Source of the DNA: Candidatus Aminicenantes bacterium | GTDB lineage: Bacteria; Acidobacteriota; Aminicenantia; UBA2199 | DNA length: 49,482 bases | Reading direction: 5' to 3' | Assembly (NCBI GenBank): GCA_027318645.1 | Contig: DAHVOV010000221.1 | Coordinates: 1-49,482 of the forward strand | In this document: positions 1-9,335 of the stretch, piece by piece | How the letters are laid out: every line of letters starts with the position of its first letter | How positions within the stretch are numbered: position 1 is the first letter of the stretch | Made by a program: the position numbers and the translations under genes | The notes under the pieces: model-generated | Told to the model about the DNA's origin: nothing | The model's input: the letters and a program-made list of their open reading frames with translations, nothing else | Databases searched by the model: none

Positions 1-36
1 TATTCGTAGCGCTCCGACGAGAGCGCCTGACTCGAT

Positions 37-1239
37 TTGGCGTCGCGCAGGATCGTCGGCCGCAGGAAGACCATCAGGTTCACCTCCGGCATCGGCTCCC
101 GGCTCTGCAACGAGATGGCCAACGGCCGCGGCAACGGGGAGGAGGAGCGCCAGCGCGTCTTTTTCGCCGCCTTCAGCGTCTGCGCCCGCTTCTGCTGGAT
201 CGCCGGCGCCGTGTTCCTGGCCGCAGCGCCGCTGATCCCCTGGAGGTCGGTCCTGGGCCAGGCCGATCCGGGCCTCTTCCTCCTGGCGCGGCGGGGGTTC
301 ATCGCCGCCGTGCTGCTGCAGGCGGCGGGGATGCCCTTCGTGCTGGGCGCCTATGCCCTGCGCGCCTTCCGCAGGAACGTCGCCGCCGCCGCGGTCAGCC
401 CCCTGGCCACCGCGACCAGCCTGTGCCTGGCCGTGGCCTTCCTGCGCGCCGGCTGGCGGCTGCCGCTGCTGCTGGCTCCCTTCGCGGCCTGGAACCTGGT
501 TTTCCTGGCGAGCTTCTTCATGTTCATCCGCTCGCGGGGCTGGCGCTGGCGCTTCGTTCCCCTGGGCGAGGCGTGGCCGCTTTTCCGGCCGCTGCTGGCC
601 GACAGCCTATCCTTCTCCCTGCTGGGCCTGTGCCTCGGCTTCCTGCTGTCCAGCGTGACGTTCCTGACCTCGCGGCGGCTCGGCTACGTCAGCGCCGGCG
701 GCCTGGACGTCTACGTGAAGATCTACCTGACGGCGCTGACCGGGCTGAACGAGCTCGTGCAGCCCCTGTGGCCCGAGTACCTGCGCTGCCTGGCCGCCGA
801 TGACCGGGCCTGCCTGCGGCGGCGGCTGCGCTCCTCGCTGGCGGTGACGGCCGGGTTGGCCGCATTGGCGGCCGGCGCCGGCGCGCTCGCCTCGCCGCTG
901 CTGGTGCGGGCGATCTCGGGACGCGCCATCGCCCTGCCGCCGGGCGCCCTGGCGCTGCTGGGCGGCTGGCTGCTGCTGGCGGCGCTGGTCCAGGCGCTGC
1001 AGATGTTCCTCAACGCCTGCAACTCGACGCGCGTGCAGCTGGCCGTCGCCGCGCTGCTGCTACTGGCGCTGCCGCCGGCCAGCGCCCGCCTCATGGCCGC
1101 CTGGGGGCGCAACGGCATGCTGGGGGCCATGGTCCTCAGCCTGGGGCTGCTCCTCGGGGTCATGGCCTGGCGCACGCGGGTCGAGCTGGGCCGGCTGGCG
1201 GCGCGGGCGGGCCCGGCGCGGGTCGGGGCCCTTCCCTGA
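37..1239 (+). CDS. polytopic inner-membrane protein, possibly polysaccharide flippase/polymerase-like (function uncertain)
   Basis: 400-aa ORF with TTG at 37 and the first in-frame ATG at 115. It has about 9-10 long Leu/Ala-rich hydrophobic segments and lies directly upstream of the glycosyltransferase operon. No diagnostic motif recognised. Confidence 0.5.
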   Translation: MASRRIVGRRKTIRFTSGIGSRLCNEMANGRGNGEEERQRVFFAAFSVCARFCWIAGAVFLAAAPLIPWRSVLGQADPGLFLLARRGFIAAVLLQAAGMPFVLGAYALRAFRRNVAAAAVSPLATATSLCLAVAFLRAGWRLPLLLAPFAAWNLVFLASFFMFIRSRGWRWRFVPLGEAWPLFRPLLADSLSFSLLGLCLGFLLSSVTFLTSRRLGYVSAGGLDVYVKIYLTALTGLNELVQPLWPEYLRCLAADDRACLRRRLRSSLAVTAGLAALAAGAGALASPLLVRAISGRAIALPPGALALLGGWLLLAALVQALQMFLNACNSTRVQLAVAALLLLALPPASARLMAAWGRNGMLGAMVLSLGLLLGVMAWRTRVELGRLAARAGPARVGALP

Positions 1240-1254
1240 GGGGCGCGGGATGGG

Positions 1255-2427
1255 ATGACCATGCGCTTCGAGATGCTCTCCCGGCTGGACCACCTGATCG
1301 GCGGGCTGCTCTGCCGCCTCGTTTCGGCGCCCGCGGGCGCCGCTCTCCAGGGCCCGCCGCGCCATGCGCTGCTGGTCAAGCTGCGCGGCATCGGCGACAT
1401 CGTCCTGGCCATGCCCATGATGCGGGCGCTGAAGGAGCGCGGCACGCGGATCACCTTCGTGACAGGGCCGGCCAACGCCGATTGGCTGCGGGCCCAGGCG
1501 CTGGTCGACGACCTGCTGGTCGTCGATTTCCAGCGCGTCTGGAGGTCGCCGAGAAAACTGTTTCTCCTTCTGCGGCGCGTGCGCGGGCTGGGCGCCGATG
1601 CCTGCATCGACCTGACGCAGTCAGCCCATTTCCCCGTGCTGCTGGGCCTGGCCTCCGCCGCCGGCGTCCGCGTCGGCTTCGCCAACCGCAGCCCGAAAAA
1701 GCGCCGGCGCAACCGGCTCTACAGCCATGCGGTGCCGTTCAGCGGCAGGGAGCACATGGCGGCGTGCTATTTCGACCTGCTGGAGCCGTTCGCCATGCCC
1801 CGCCCCGAGCGGCTGCGGCTGGTGCCGCCCCGATTTTCGCGCCAGGACGATGAGGCCGTGTCCGCCTTCCTGGGCGACGGCAACGCCCTGGGCGCCCCCC
1901 TGGCCGGCATCCACGCCACCGGCGCCATCGCGGCCAAGCGCTGGCCTTTCGACCGCTGGGCGGAGCTGTGCCGCGACCTGCTGGGGCGGGGCTTCCGCGT
2001 GGTCGCGGTCGGCGACGGCAGCGAGCAGGAGGCGATCGCGCGCATCGCCGCCGGCGCCGGCAACGGCGGCGGCGGGCTGCTCAACGCCGCCGGCCGGCTG
2101 ACCCTGACCCAGGTGTTCGCCCTGATGCCGCGCCTGCGCTTCTTCGTCGCCAGCGACGGCGGCCCGATGCACATCGCCGCGGCCTGCGGCGTCCCCACCC
2201 TCGGCCTGTTCGGGCCGGAGGTCCCCTGGCGCTATGCGCCGTTCAACCCGCGGAGCCTGTTCCTCTATCGCGGCGGCCGCCTGGCCTGCTCGCCCTGCAG
2301 CCGCCCTTACGAGGGATCGTGGCCGACCTGCCGCCGGCCTCTGTGCATGGAGGCCATCCGCACGGCCGACGTGCTCGGCGCCGTGCGCCGGCTCGAGGCC
2401 CGGGCGGCGGCAGCGGGAGACGTCTGA
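1255..2427 (+). CDS. glycosyltransferase family 9 (ADP-heptose:LPS heptosyltransferase-like)
   Basis: N-terminal LLVKLRGIGDIVLAMP and C-terminal ASDGGPMHIAAACGVPTLGLFGP are typical GT9 signatures. The stop overlaps the next start (TGATG). Confidence 0.85.
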   Translation: MTMRFEMLSRLDHLIGGLLCRLVSAPAGAALQGPPRHALLVKLRGIGDIVLAMPMMRALKERGTRITFVTGPANADWLRAQALVDDLLVVDFQRVWRSPRKLFLLLRRVRGLGADACIDLTQSAHFPVLLGLASAAGVRVGFANRSPKKRRRNRLYSHAVPFSGREHMAACYFDLLEPFAMPRPERLRLVPPRFSRQDDEAVSAFLGDGNALGAPLAGIHATGAIAAKRWPFDRWAELCRDLLGRGFRVVAVGDGSEQEAIARIAAGAGNGGGGLLNAAGRLTLTQVFALMPRLRFFVASDGGPMHIAAACGVPTLGLFGPEVPWRYAPFNPRSLFLYRGGRLACSPCSRPYEGSWPTCRRPLCMEAIRTADVLGAVRRLEARAAAAGDV

Positions 2428-3098
2428 TGGGCGACCGCAACCAGCTCCTTTTCGGCCGGAGGCACAGGGAACTGTTCCGACCCCCTTGCCTGGAGGTCGG
2501 CAGCCGCGATGAGGGGTTCACCGTCTCCTTCCGCCCGGAGCTCGACGGCCGCCCCGGCGACTACGTCGGCGTCGACGCGGAATCGGGCCCCGGCGTCGAC
2601 GCGGTCGTCGACCTGGCCGGCGAGTTCTCCGCCGTCTCCCGCGTGCTTCCCGGGGCCTTCGCCACCGTCTTCTGCCTGAGCGTGCTGGAGCACTGCAGCC
2701 AGCCCTTCCGCATGGCGGAGAACATCCAGCGCCTGCTGGCGCCCGGCGGCACCCTGTACGTCTCGGTCCCCTTCTCCTGGGAGGTCCACCGCTTCCCCGA
2801 GGACTACTGGCGCTTCACCCCCGCCGCCGTCCGCCTGCTGTTCCCGGGCGTGGAGTTCCCCCCGGACCTGTGCGCCTATCACACGCAGGTCGAGAACGAT
2901 TTCAGGCCGCTGGGCGACGGGCCGCCCCGCCTGGGCCGCGCGCTGAACAGCGGCCACTACCAACGGCACGGGCGCCTGTACCGCCGATTGTCGGCGCTCC
3001 TGGGGCGCTCGCGCCTAGTGCGCCGGGCGCTGCCCTACGACTACCTGTTCCCGCCGGTCATGCTCGACATGATCGGCCGGCTGCGCGTGCCGTCATGA
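2427..3098 (+). CDS. class I SAM-dependent methyltransferase-like protein
   Basis: ATG at 2427 overlaps the GT9 stop. CLSVLEHCSQPFRMAENIQRLLAPGGTLYVSVP resembles the Methyltransf_11 post-I/II region. The longer track ORF from 1968 is an out-of-context N-terminal extension. Confidence 0.65.
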   Translation: MGDRNQLLFGRRHRELFRPPCLEVGSRDEGFTVSFRPELDGRPGDYVGVDAESGPGVDAVVDLAGEFSAVSRVLPGAFATVFCLSVLEHCSQPFRMAENIQRLLAPGGTLYVSVPFSWEVHRFPEDYWRFTPAAVRLLFPGVEFPPDLCAYHTQVENDFRPLGDGPPRLGRALNSGHYQRHGRLYRRLSALLGRSRLVRRALPYDYLFPPVMLDMIGRLRVPS

Positions 3099-4903
3099 GC
3101 GGCTCGCGCCCCGGCCTGCTGGCCATCGCCCTGCTCCTGGCCGCCACGGCCGCCTGCCGGCGCGAAGGGATGTCCTGGGAGCGGCCGGAGACCGGAAACC
3201 AGGCGGGGGCGGAGGACCTGCTCCGGGACGGGAGCGGCGGGGCATATTTCCAGCGCGGGCGCCGGACGCTGCGCTTCGCCTGCCAGGGGCGGACGCTGGC
3301 CCTGGCGAGCTCCCTGGCCGGCAGCGGCTGCCTGGACGTGCAGTTCTGGTCGCCGGCGCGCGGCGCCATGCTCCTGCGCGTGCGCCGGGGCGACGGAACG
3401 GGGCTCCCGGCCCGGCGCTTCGCCCTGCGCCGGGGCTTCAATTCCATCTGCGCGGAGCTGGACCTCCGCCGCGGCGACCGGCTGCGCCTCGAGGCGGACG
3501 TCGGGGGGATCTTCTCCCGGCCGCTCCTCTACCGCCTGCTCCCGGCCGGCCAGCGGCGCTGCGTGATCCTGATCTCGGCCGACAACCTGGGGGCCGATCA
3601 CCTCGACCTCTACGGCTATGGACATGGCACGGCGCCGGCCATCGCCGCCTTCCGCCGCGAGGCGGTGATGTTCCGCTGGGCCTTCGCCGGCTCCCCCTGG
3701 ACCCTGCCGTCGCACATGTCGCTGTTCACCGCGCTGAACGAGAACGAGCACGGGGTGAGGTTCCAGGTGACCAACGAGGAGCAGGCGGCCGCAGGCGGCG
3801 GCGCGCCGCAAAGCATTTCCTTTCCCCTGGGCCTGGACAAGGAGTTCCTGATCGAGCGCCTCGCCCGCGGCTTCGTCACCTGCGCCTTCACGGGCGGGAT
3901 CAACGTGGCGGCGGCGTTCGGCTTCTACCGCGGGTTCGACGACTATTCCGAGGCGGCCAACGACCCCTTCGTCAGCGACTCGGCGGCCAGGCTCTTCGCC
4001 GGCGCGGCGCAGCATCTGTCGCGCCATCGCTATCCTGCCGCCTTCTATTTCCTGCACACATACCAGGTCCACCTGCCGTACCGGCCACCGCGCGACCTGC
4101 TTCCCGGCGCAGGCAACCGAAGCGAATTCGATTTCGAGCGCGACATCGGCGGCATCGCCGGCGTGTTCCGCTGCGGCGACGCCCGGCGCGCCGTTGAGGC
4201 CGCCGCCCTGTACGACGGCGAGGTCAGGGAGTTCGACCGCCGCTTCGGCGACTTCCTGGCGTTCCTCAGGCGCTCCGGCCTGTACGACCGGGCCATGATC
4301 ATCCTGCTGTCCGACCACGGCGAGGAGTTCTTCGAGCACGGCTCATGGGCGCACGGCACCGACCTGTTCAACCGCCAGGTCCGCGTCCCCCTGCTGGTGA
4401 AGTTCCCCGGGGGCCGGTTCGCCGGGCAAAGCGTCGAGCGCCCCGTCAGCCTGACCGACGTCCTGCCCACCGTGCTGGACGATCAGGGCCTGGAGCTGCC
4501 GCCGGCGCTGCGCGGGCGCTCGCTGCTCGCGGAGCTGCGCGGCGCCCCGCGCCCGCGGCCGGTGCTTTGCACCAACCTGGATGGCCGCAACTGGTCGCGC
4601 ATCCCGCCGCAGGCGGCCTGGATCGAGGACGGCTTCAAGCTGGTCGGCCATTGGCCCGCCCCGCCGGGCGGGACGTTCTTCGCCGCGCCGCCGCCGGCGT
4701 TCCCCCCCTGGCAGCTGTTCCGCCTCGACGGCGACCCCAACGAGCTCCGCGACCTGGCCGGCGAGCTGCCGCAGGTCGCGAGGCGCCTGCGCCGGCGCCT
4801 GCAGCGGGCGCTCGCCGGCGAAGGATCGTCGCCCGCGAAGCGCGCCCGGGCCATGCCGCGCGCGTCAGTGGAGAAGCTGCGCGCCCTGGGGTACATCCCA
4901 TGA
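3095..4903 (+). CDS. sulfatase-like hydrolase/transferase (alkaline-phosphatase superfamily) lipoprotein
   Basis: ATGA overlap with the upstream stop. Lipoprotein-type leader MSGSRPGLLAIALLLAATAAC. Motifs ILISADNLGADHL, SPWTLPSHMSLFT and LLSDHGEEFFEHGSWAHG. Confidence 0.8.
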   Translation: MSGSRPGLLAIALLLAATAACRREGMSWERPETGNQAGAEDLLRDGSGGAYFQRGRRTLRFACQGRTLALASSLAGSGCLDVQFWSPARGAMLLRVRRGDGTGLPARRFALRRGFNSICAELDLRRGDRLRLEADVGGIFSRPLLYRLLPAGQRRCVILISADNLGADHLDLYGYGHGTAPAIAAFRREAVMFRWAFAGSPWTLPSHMSLFTALNENEHGVRFQVTNEEQAAAGGGAPQSISFPLGLDKEFLIERLARGFVTCAFTGGINVAAAFGFYRGFDDYSEAANDPFVSDSAARLFAGAAQHLSRHRYPAAFYFLHTYQVHLPYRPPRDLLPGAGNRSEFDFERDIGGIAGVFRCGDARRAVEAAALYDGEVREFDRRFGDFLAFLRRSGLYDRAMIILLSDHGEEFFEHGSWAHGTDLFNRQVRVPLLVKFPGGRFAGQSVERPVSLTDVLPTVLDDQGLELPPALRGRSLLAELRGAPRPRPVLCTNLDGRNWSRIPPQAAWIEDGFKLVGHWPAPPGGTFFAAPPPAFPPWQLFRLDGDPNELRDLAGELPQVARRLRRRLQRALAGEGSSPAKRARAMPRASVEKLRALGYIP

Positions 4904-5958
4904 CGCCGCCCCGGGTATCGATCATCACGCCGGCCTGCAACCACGGCCGCTTCATCAAGGCGGCCATCCGCTCGGCGCAGGCCCAGGATCTCGACGCCTG
5001 GGAGATGTGGGTGATCGACGACGCCTCCACGGACGGGACGGCGGCGGCCGTCGCCGGCTTCGCCGCGGGCGATCCGCGCGTGCGCCTGCTGCGCCACGAC
5101 GAGAACTGGGGAATGAGCCGGCTGGCCGACACCTACAACCAGGCGCTGGAGCGCTCGCGCGGCGAATGGATCGCCATCCTGGAAGGCGACGACGCTTGGC
5201 CGCCGGGGAAGCTGGGCCGGCAGCTGGCGCAGCTGGAGGGCGCGCCGGACGTCGTCCTGGGCTTTGGCCGGGCGCAGCTCATTTCTCCCGAGGGCGCGCC
5301 GCTGGGGGAGACGCTGGCGGGATTGCCGGGCGGCTTCCACCGGTATTTCAACGACTTCCGCGGCCCGCTCCTGGAGCCGCTGCTGCTGCGCCCCTGCTTC
5401 ATCCACCCGGTGACGGTGCTGATCCGCCGCCCGGCCCTGGAGAGGATCGGCGGCTTCCGGAGCTTTCCCGGCCTGGGGCTGACCGATCATCCGACCTTCC
5501 TTGAGCTGGCCGAGCTGGGCCCGTTCCTCGGGTCGTCCGCCGTCCTCGGCCTGTATCGCCGCCACCGTGACTCGCAGAGCCTCAACCGCCTCGTGGAGCT
5601 CACGCGGGGAGAGAGGCGTTTGGCCTTCGCCCGCCTGGACGGCCGCCCCGCCTCCGCAGCGCTGCGGACGCTGCGCCGGCGCATGGAGCGCTCCTGGTCC
5701 CAGGAGGAGACCCGGGCCTTGCTGACCGAGGGGCGGCTGCGCCTGCTGCGGCGGCAAAGGCGCGACGCCCGCTCCTCTTTCCGTTCCTCCCTGAAGACCG
5801 CCTTCGGCACGTCCTTCCCGTCGTTGCGGCGGCTGGCCCTGGGCCTGGCCGCCCTGGGGACCCTCTGCGCATCCTTTCTTCCCTTCAACCTGGAACGCGT
5901 CGCCGGATGGGCGCGGGGGCGGAGGGCCAGCCTCCTGGAGCGGGGCGAGGGAAAATGA
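4900..5958 (+). CDS. glycosyltransferase family 2
   Basis: ATGA overlap at 4900. VSIITPACNHGRFIKAAIRSAQAQ...WVIDDASTDGT is a canonical GT2 N-terminus. Confidence 0.85.
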   Translation: MTPPRVSIITPACNHGRFIKAAIRSAQAQDLDAWEMWVIDDASTDGTAAAVAGFAAGDPRVRLLRHDENWGMSRLADTYNQALERSRGEWIAILEGDDAWPPGKLGRQLAQLEGAPDVVLGFGRAQLISPEGAPLGETLAGLPGGFHRYFNDFRGPLLEPLLLRPCFIHPVTVLIRRPALERIGGFRSFPGLGLTDHPTFLELAELGPFLGSSAVLGLYRRHRDSQSLNRLVELTRGERRLAFARLDGRPASAALRTLRRRMERSWSQEETRALLTEGRLRLLRRQRRDARSSFRSSLKTAFGTSFPSLRRLALGLAALGTLCASFLPFNLERVAGWARGRRASLLERGEGK

Positions 5959-7178
5959 AGGTCTGCCTGGTCAGCGCCCTTTACCCGCCCCTGGAGACCG
6001 GCGGCGCCGAGACGGCCGCCCGCCGCCTGGCGGAGCGGCTCGCCGCCGGCGGCTGGGAGGTCTGTGTGCTGACCGGCTGGCATCGCGACGAGTCCGACGT
6101 GCTTCCCTCCGGCGTCAGGGTCCGGCGCATCCGCGCCGGGTGGGTCTTCAAGAAGGGGGCGGACAGGCTGCCGCCGCTGCCACGCTGGTTTTGGCGCCTG
6201 CAGAACCTGTGGAACCCGACGGCGTTTCGCAAGGCCAGGCGCGTCCTGGCCGAGGAGCGGCCGCGGCTCGTCCTGGTCCACAATTTTTCCGGGCTTTCCC
6301 CCGCGGTGTTCGACGCCGCCCTGGCGCTGAAGGTCCCGGCGGTGTTTTTCGCCCACGATTACTTCCCGCTCTGCCGCCACTACAGCTTCGAACGCAAAGG
6401 GAAACCGTGCCGCGGCCATTGCCCGGCCTGCGGGCTGTGGGCGCGCTTGAACCGGCGCTGGCTGGAGCGGACGCCCACCGTGTTCCTGTCGGAACATTCC
6501 CGCTCGGTGTACCGCCGCCACGGGCACGCCGGCGAATCCCTGCTGTGGCCGAATCCCGTCGACCTGGACGCCGGGCAGATCGCCGCCATCGAGGCGGAAA
6601 AGGCGTCGTTCCGCTCCCGCGCCCCTGGGTTAACGGTCAGCTGGCTGTTCATGGGCCGGCTGGATGCCCTCAAGGGCGTTGAGGCCGTCATGCGCGCGTG
6701 GGAGCGATTGACTCCCCCCGCGCCGCGGCTGCTCATCGCCGGCGACGGGCCGCTGGCTGCGAAGGTCCGCGCTTGGGCGGCGGGCCGGCCGGAGGTGGAG
6801 TGGCTCGGCTACGTCTCCGGGGACGAGAAGCGCCGTTGCCTGATCGCTGCCGACGCCATGCTGCTGCCCAGCCGCGAGACCGACGTCTCGCCCCTGGTCC
6901 TGCCGGAGGCGCTGGCGCACGGCATCCCGGTCCTGGCCGCCGAGCGCGGCGCCGCTGCCGAGAGCCTGCGGCCGGGGCTCACGGGCTGGCTCTGCGACGT
7001 CGGGGATGCCGGCGGGCTGGCGCAGCGGGTCGCCGGCATCTCGGCCGATCCGTCGGCCCTGCGCGCCATGTCGGCCGCCTGCTTCGCTGCCGCCCGCGAG
7101 CGGACCTACGAGGCCGCCCTGTCGCGGCTCATGGATTTCCTCCGGCGGGCGGCGGACCGGGCCGGGCGGTCCGCCTGA
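5955..7178 (+). CDS. glycosyltransferase family 4 (GT-B, Glycos_transf_1)
   Basis: ATGA overlap at 5955. MKVCLVSALYPPLETGGAETAARRLAERLA matches the Glyco_trans_4 N-terminus. C-terminal LLPSRETDVSPLVLPEALAHGIPVLA carries the E-x7-E region. Confidence 0.85.
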   Translation: MKVCLVSALYPPLETGGAETAARRLAERLAAGGWEVCVLTGWHRDESDVLPSGVRVRRIRAGWVFKKGADRLPPLPRWFWRLQNLWNPTAFRKARRVLAEERPRLVLVHNFSGLSPAVFDAALALKVPAVFFAHDYFPLCRHYSFERKGKPCRGHCPACGLWARLNRRWLERTPTVFLSEHSRSVYRRHGHAGESLLWPNPVDLDAGQIAAIEAEKASFRSRAPGLTVSWLFMGRLDALKGVEAVMRAWERLTPPAPRLLIAGDGPLAAKVRAWAAGRPEVEWLGYVSGDEKRRCLIAADAMLLPSRETDVSPLVLPEALAHGIPVLAAERGAAAESLRPGLTGWLCDVGDAGGLAQRVAGISADPSALRAMSAACFAAARERTYEAALSRLMDFLRRAADRAGRSA

Positions 7179-7215
7179 ACGGCCTTCCCCCTTGCGCGTA
7201 GGAGGCCGCCGCGCC

Positions 7216-7244
7216 TTGCATCCCGCCCGGCGATTGGCTATCAT
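7216..7244 (+). promoter_or_regulatory. sigma-70-type promoter candidate for the DUF438/DUF1858 pair
   Basis: TTGCAT-17 nt-TATCAT, 30 nt upstream of ATG 7275, with a GGAGGAG RBS in between. Confidence 0.45.
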
Positions 7245-7274
7245 GAGAAAAAATCAGCGGAGGAGAAGAAGGCC

Positions 7275-8534
7275 ATGAGCGAGCTCATCGACAACTCACG
7301 GGATAGAAAAAAGAAGCTGAAGGAGCTGATCCTGAAGCTGCACGCCGGGCAGGGAGAGGAGGCGGTGCGCCGGGAGCTGCTGCAGAGCCTGGCCGCCATT
7401 CCCTACGGCGAGGTGGTCGAGGTCGAGCAGGAGCTGATCGGCGAGGGGCTGCCCGAGTCCGAGGTGCTGCGCCTCTGCGACGCCCACTCGGCGGTGCTGC
7501 AGGGCCGCGTCGACCTCAGCGGCCAGAAGCCGGTGCCGGCCGGCCACCCGGTCGACGTCTTCCGCCGCGAGAACGCCGAGCTGCGCAAGGTCACGGCGCG
7601 GGCGCGCGAGGTCCTGGCCGCGCTGGAAGCGGGGGCGGGCCTGCCGGCCGCGGTCCTGGAGCTGCGCGGGCTGCTCAACCAGCTCTTCGACGTCGACAAG
7701 CACTACCAGCGCAAGGAGTACCTGGTCTTCCCCTTTCTGGAGAAGCTGGGCGTGACCGGGCCGCCCAAGGTGATGTGGGGCAAGCACGACGAGATCCGCG
7801 ACCTGCTGAAAGGGAGCATCGAGGCGCTGCAGGCGCCCGACGCGGGGCGCGACGAGCTGCTGGCCGCCATCAGCATCCTGCTCAAACCGGCGCTGCAGGC
7901 CATCGACGACATGACGGTCAAGGAGGAGGAGATCCTTTTCCCCATGGCGCTGGACAAGCTGGCGGAGAACGACTGGCTGGACATTTCGCGGCAATCGCCC
8001 CAGTTCGGCTATTGCCTCTATGATCCTCCCGACGCATGGCACGCCTCCGCGGAAGGGCCCCGTGTCGAGGAGACCGGGGCCGGGGAAGCCGGTGCTATTG
8101 CGGCGGCGATTTCTGGAGCGCGGGGGAAAATTAACCTTCCCTCCGGTTCTTTCACGTTCGAGGAGCTTCTCGCCATCCTCAACACCGTGCCGGTCGACAT
8201 GACCTTCGTCGACCGCGACGACAAGGTGCGCTACTTCACCCAGGGGGCCGAGCGCGTCTTCCAGCGCAACCGCGCCATCCTCGGCCGCGACGTGCGCCAC
8301 TGCCACCCGCCGGCCAGCGCCCACATCGTCGAGCGGATCATCGACGACTTCCGCAGCGGCCGCCAGAGCCGCGCCCCCTTCTGGATCCGCATGGGGGGCA
8401 AGTTCGTCCACATCGAGTACTTCGCCCTGCGCAACGAAAAGGGGGAATACCTGGGGACGCTCGAGGTGTCGCACGACGTGGAGCGCTACCGCCGGCTCGA
8501 CGGTCAGCGGCGCATCCTGCAGTACGGGGAGTGA
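7275..8534 (+). CDS. DUF438-family protein with hemerythrin-like (HHE) and PAS-like regions
   Basis: N-terminal KKKLKELILKLHAG...EVVEVEQELI is typical of DUF438. The centre has H/E-rich hemerythrin-like helices. C-terminal VDMTFVDRDDKVRYF...HCHP is PAS-like. Confidence 0.7.
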   Translation: MSELIDNSRDRKKKLKELILKLHAGQGEEAVRRELLQSLAAIPYGEVVEVEQELIGEGLPESEVLRLCDAHSAVLQGRVDLSGQKPVPAGHPVDVFRRENAELRKVTARAREVLAALEAGAGLPAAVLELRGLLNQLFDVDKHYQRKEYLVFPFLEKLGVTGPPKVMWGKHDEIRDLLKGSIEALQAPDAGRDELLAAISILLKPALQAIDDMTVKEEEILFPMALDKLAENDWLDISRQSPQFGYCLYDPPDAWHASAEGPRVEETGAGEAGAIAAAISGARGKINLPSGSFTFEELLAILNTVPVDMTFVDRDDKVRYFTQGAERVFQRNRAILGRDVRHCHPPASAHIVERIIDDFRSGRQSRAPFWIRMGGKFVHIEYFALRNEKGEYLGTLEVSHDVERYRRLDGQRRILQYGE

Positions 8535-8537
8535 GCC

Positions 8538-9059
8538 ATGGACGACAAGCCGGTCATCACCCCCAAGACGCGCGTGCTGCAGCTGATCGAGGCCTATCCG
8601 CAGCTGGAGGCGATGCTGGTCGCCATGGTCCCGGCCTTCAGGAAGCTGCAGAACCCGGTGCTGCGCCGGACCGTGGCCCGGGTCGCCACCTTGCAGCAGG
8701 CGGCCGCCGTCGGCAGCATCCCGGTGGAGGAGCTGGTCAACCGCCTGCGCCGGGAAGTGGGCCAGGACCTCTATGCCGGCGGCGCCGGCACGGCCTACCG
8801 CACGGAGCGCCCGGCCTGGTTCGACGCGGCGCGCGTGGCCAGGGAGCTCGACGCCCGGCCGCTGCTGGCCGCCGGCGAGCAGCCGGTCAACCAGGCGATG
8901 GCCGACCTGGCCGCCCTGGCGCCGGGGGCCATCTACAAGCTGAGCGCCCCCTTCCTGCCGGCGCCGCTGATCGACAAGGGCGTCAGCCTGGGGCTCGAGC
9001 ACTGGCTGGTCAAGCAGGCAGAAGAGAGCTTCGAGGTCTATTTCTACAAGAAACCCTAA
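8538..9059 (+). CDS. DUF1858 domain protein with a C-terminal DUF2249/TusA-fold-like region
   Basis: ITPKTRVLQLIEAYPQLEAMLV...LQNPVLRRTVARVATLQQAA is the DUF1858 (ScdA_N-like) signature. The start is 4 nt after the DUF438 stop. Confidence 0.7.
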   Translation: MDDKPVITPKTRVLQLIEAYPQLEAMLVAMVPAFRKLQNPVLRRTVARVATLQQAAAVGSIPVEELVNRLRREVGQDLYAGGAGTAYRTERPAWFDAARVARELDARPLLAAGEQPVNQAMADLAALAPGAIYKLSAPFLPAPLIDKGVSLGLEHWLVKQAEESFEVYFYKKP

Positions 9060-9080
9060 GAACGAAATAGAATGAACTAT

Positions 9081-9124
9081 CAGTCCGTCGAGGTTCCACG
9101 TGCCACGTGCCACGTACCACGTTG
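9081..9124. repeat. CCACGTR heptad array module
   Basis: cagtccgtcgaggttCCACGTGCCACGTGCCACGTACCACGttg. Its reverse complement recurs at 17201-17244 (41/44 identical) and partly at 17268-17298. Confidence 0.85.
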
Positions 9125-9141
9125 GAAGAATTACCGAACTT

Positions 9142-9242
9142 GGTGGACGGTGGACGGTATACGGTAGACGGCAGCAGCAATTAAATGGCCTGGTTCACGG
9201 TTATGGCTTTACCGTAAACCGTACACCGTGCACCGTATACCG
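9142..9242. repeat. GGTNNAC heptad hairpin
   Basis: Left arm ggtggacggtggacggtatacggtagacgg, linker cagcagcaat...tatggcttt, right arm accgtaaaccgtacaccgtgcaccgtataccg. Confidence 0.8.
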
Positions 9243-9248
9243 ATTGCC

Positions 9249-9327
9249 TTCACGAATCACGAATTACGATTGTTCGAGTTTATGGCTGCTGCTTGTCACC
9301 CGGCACGCGTTACCCGTCACGATTGCC
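9249..9327. repeat. composite CACGAAT array + linker + GTCACNC array
   Basis: Reverse complement of 17071-17156, with one heptad fewer. The linker gttcgagtttatggctgctgc is conserved. Confidence 0.85.
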
Positions 9328-9335
9328 TGTTCCCA

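Noticed and set aside
7181-7200. Sigma-54-like GGCC...TTGCG upstream of the DUF438 gene
   Set aside because: The spacing between GG and GC is 11 nt instead of 10 and the -24 element is poor. A sigma-70-type TTGCAT-17-TATCAT is a better fit.
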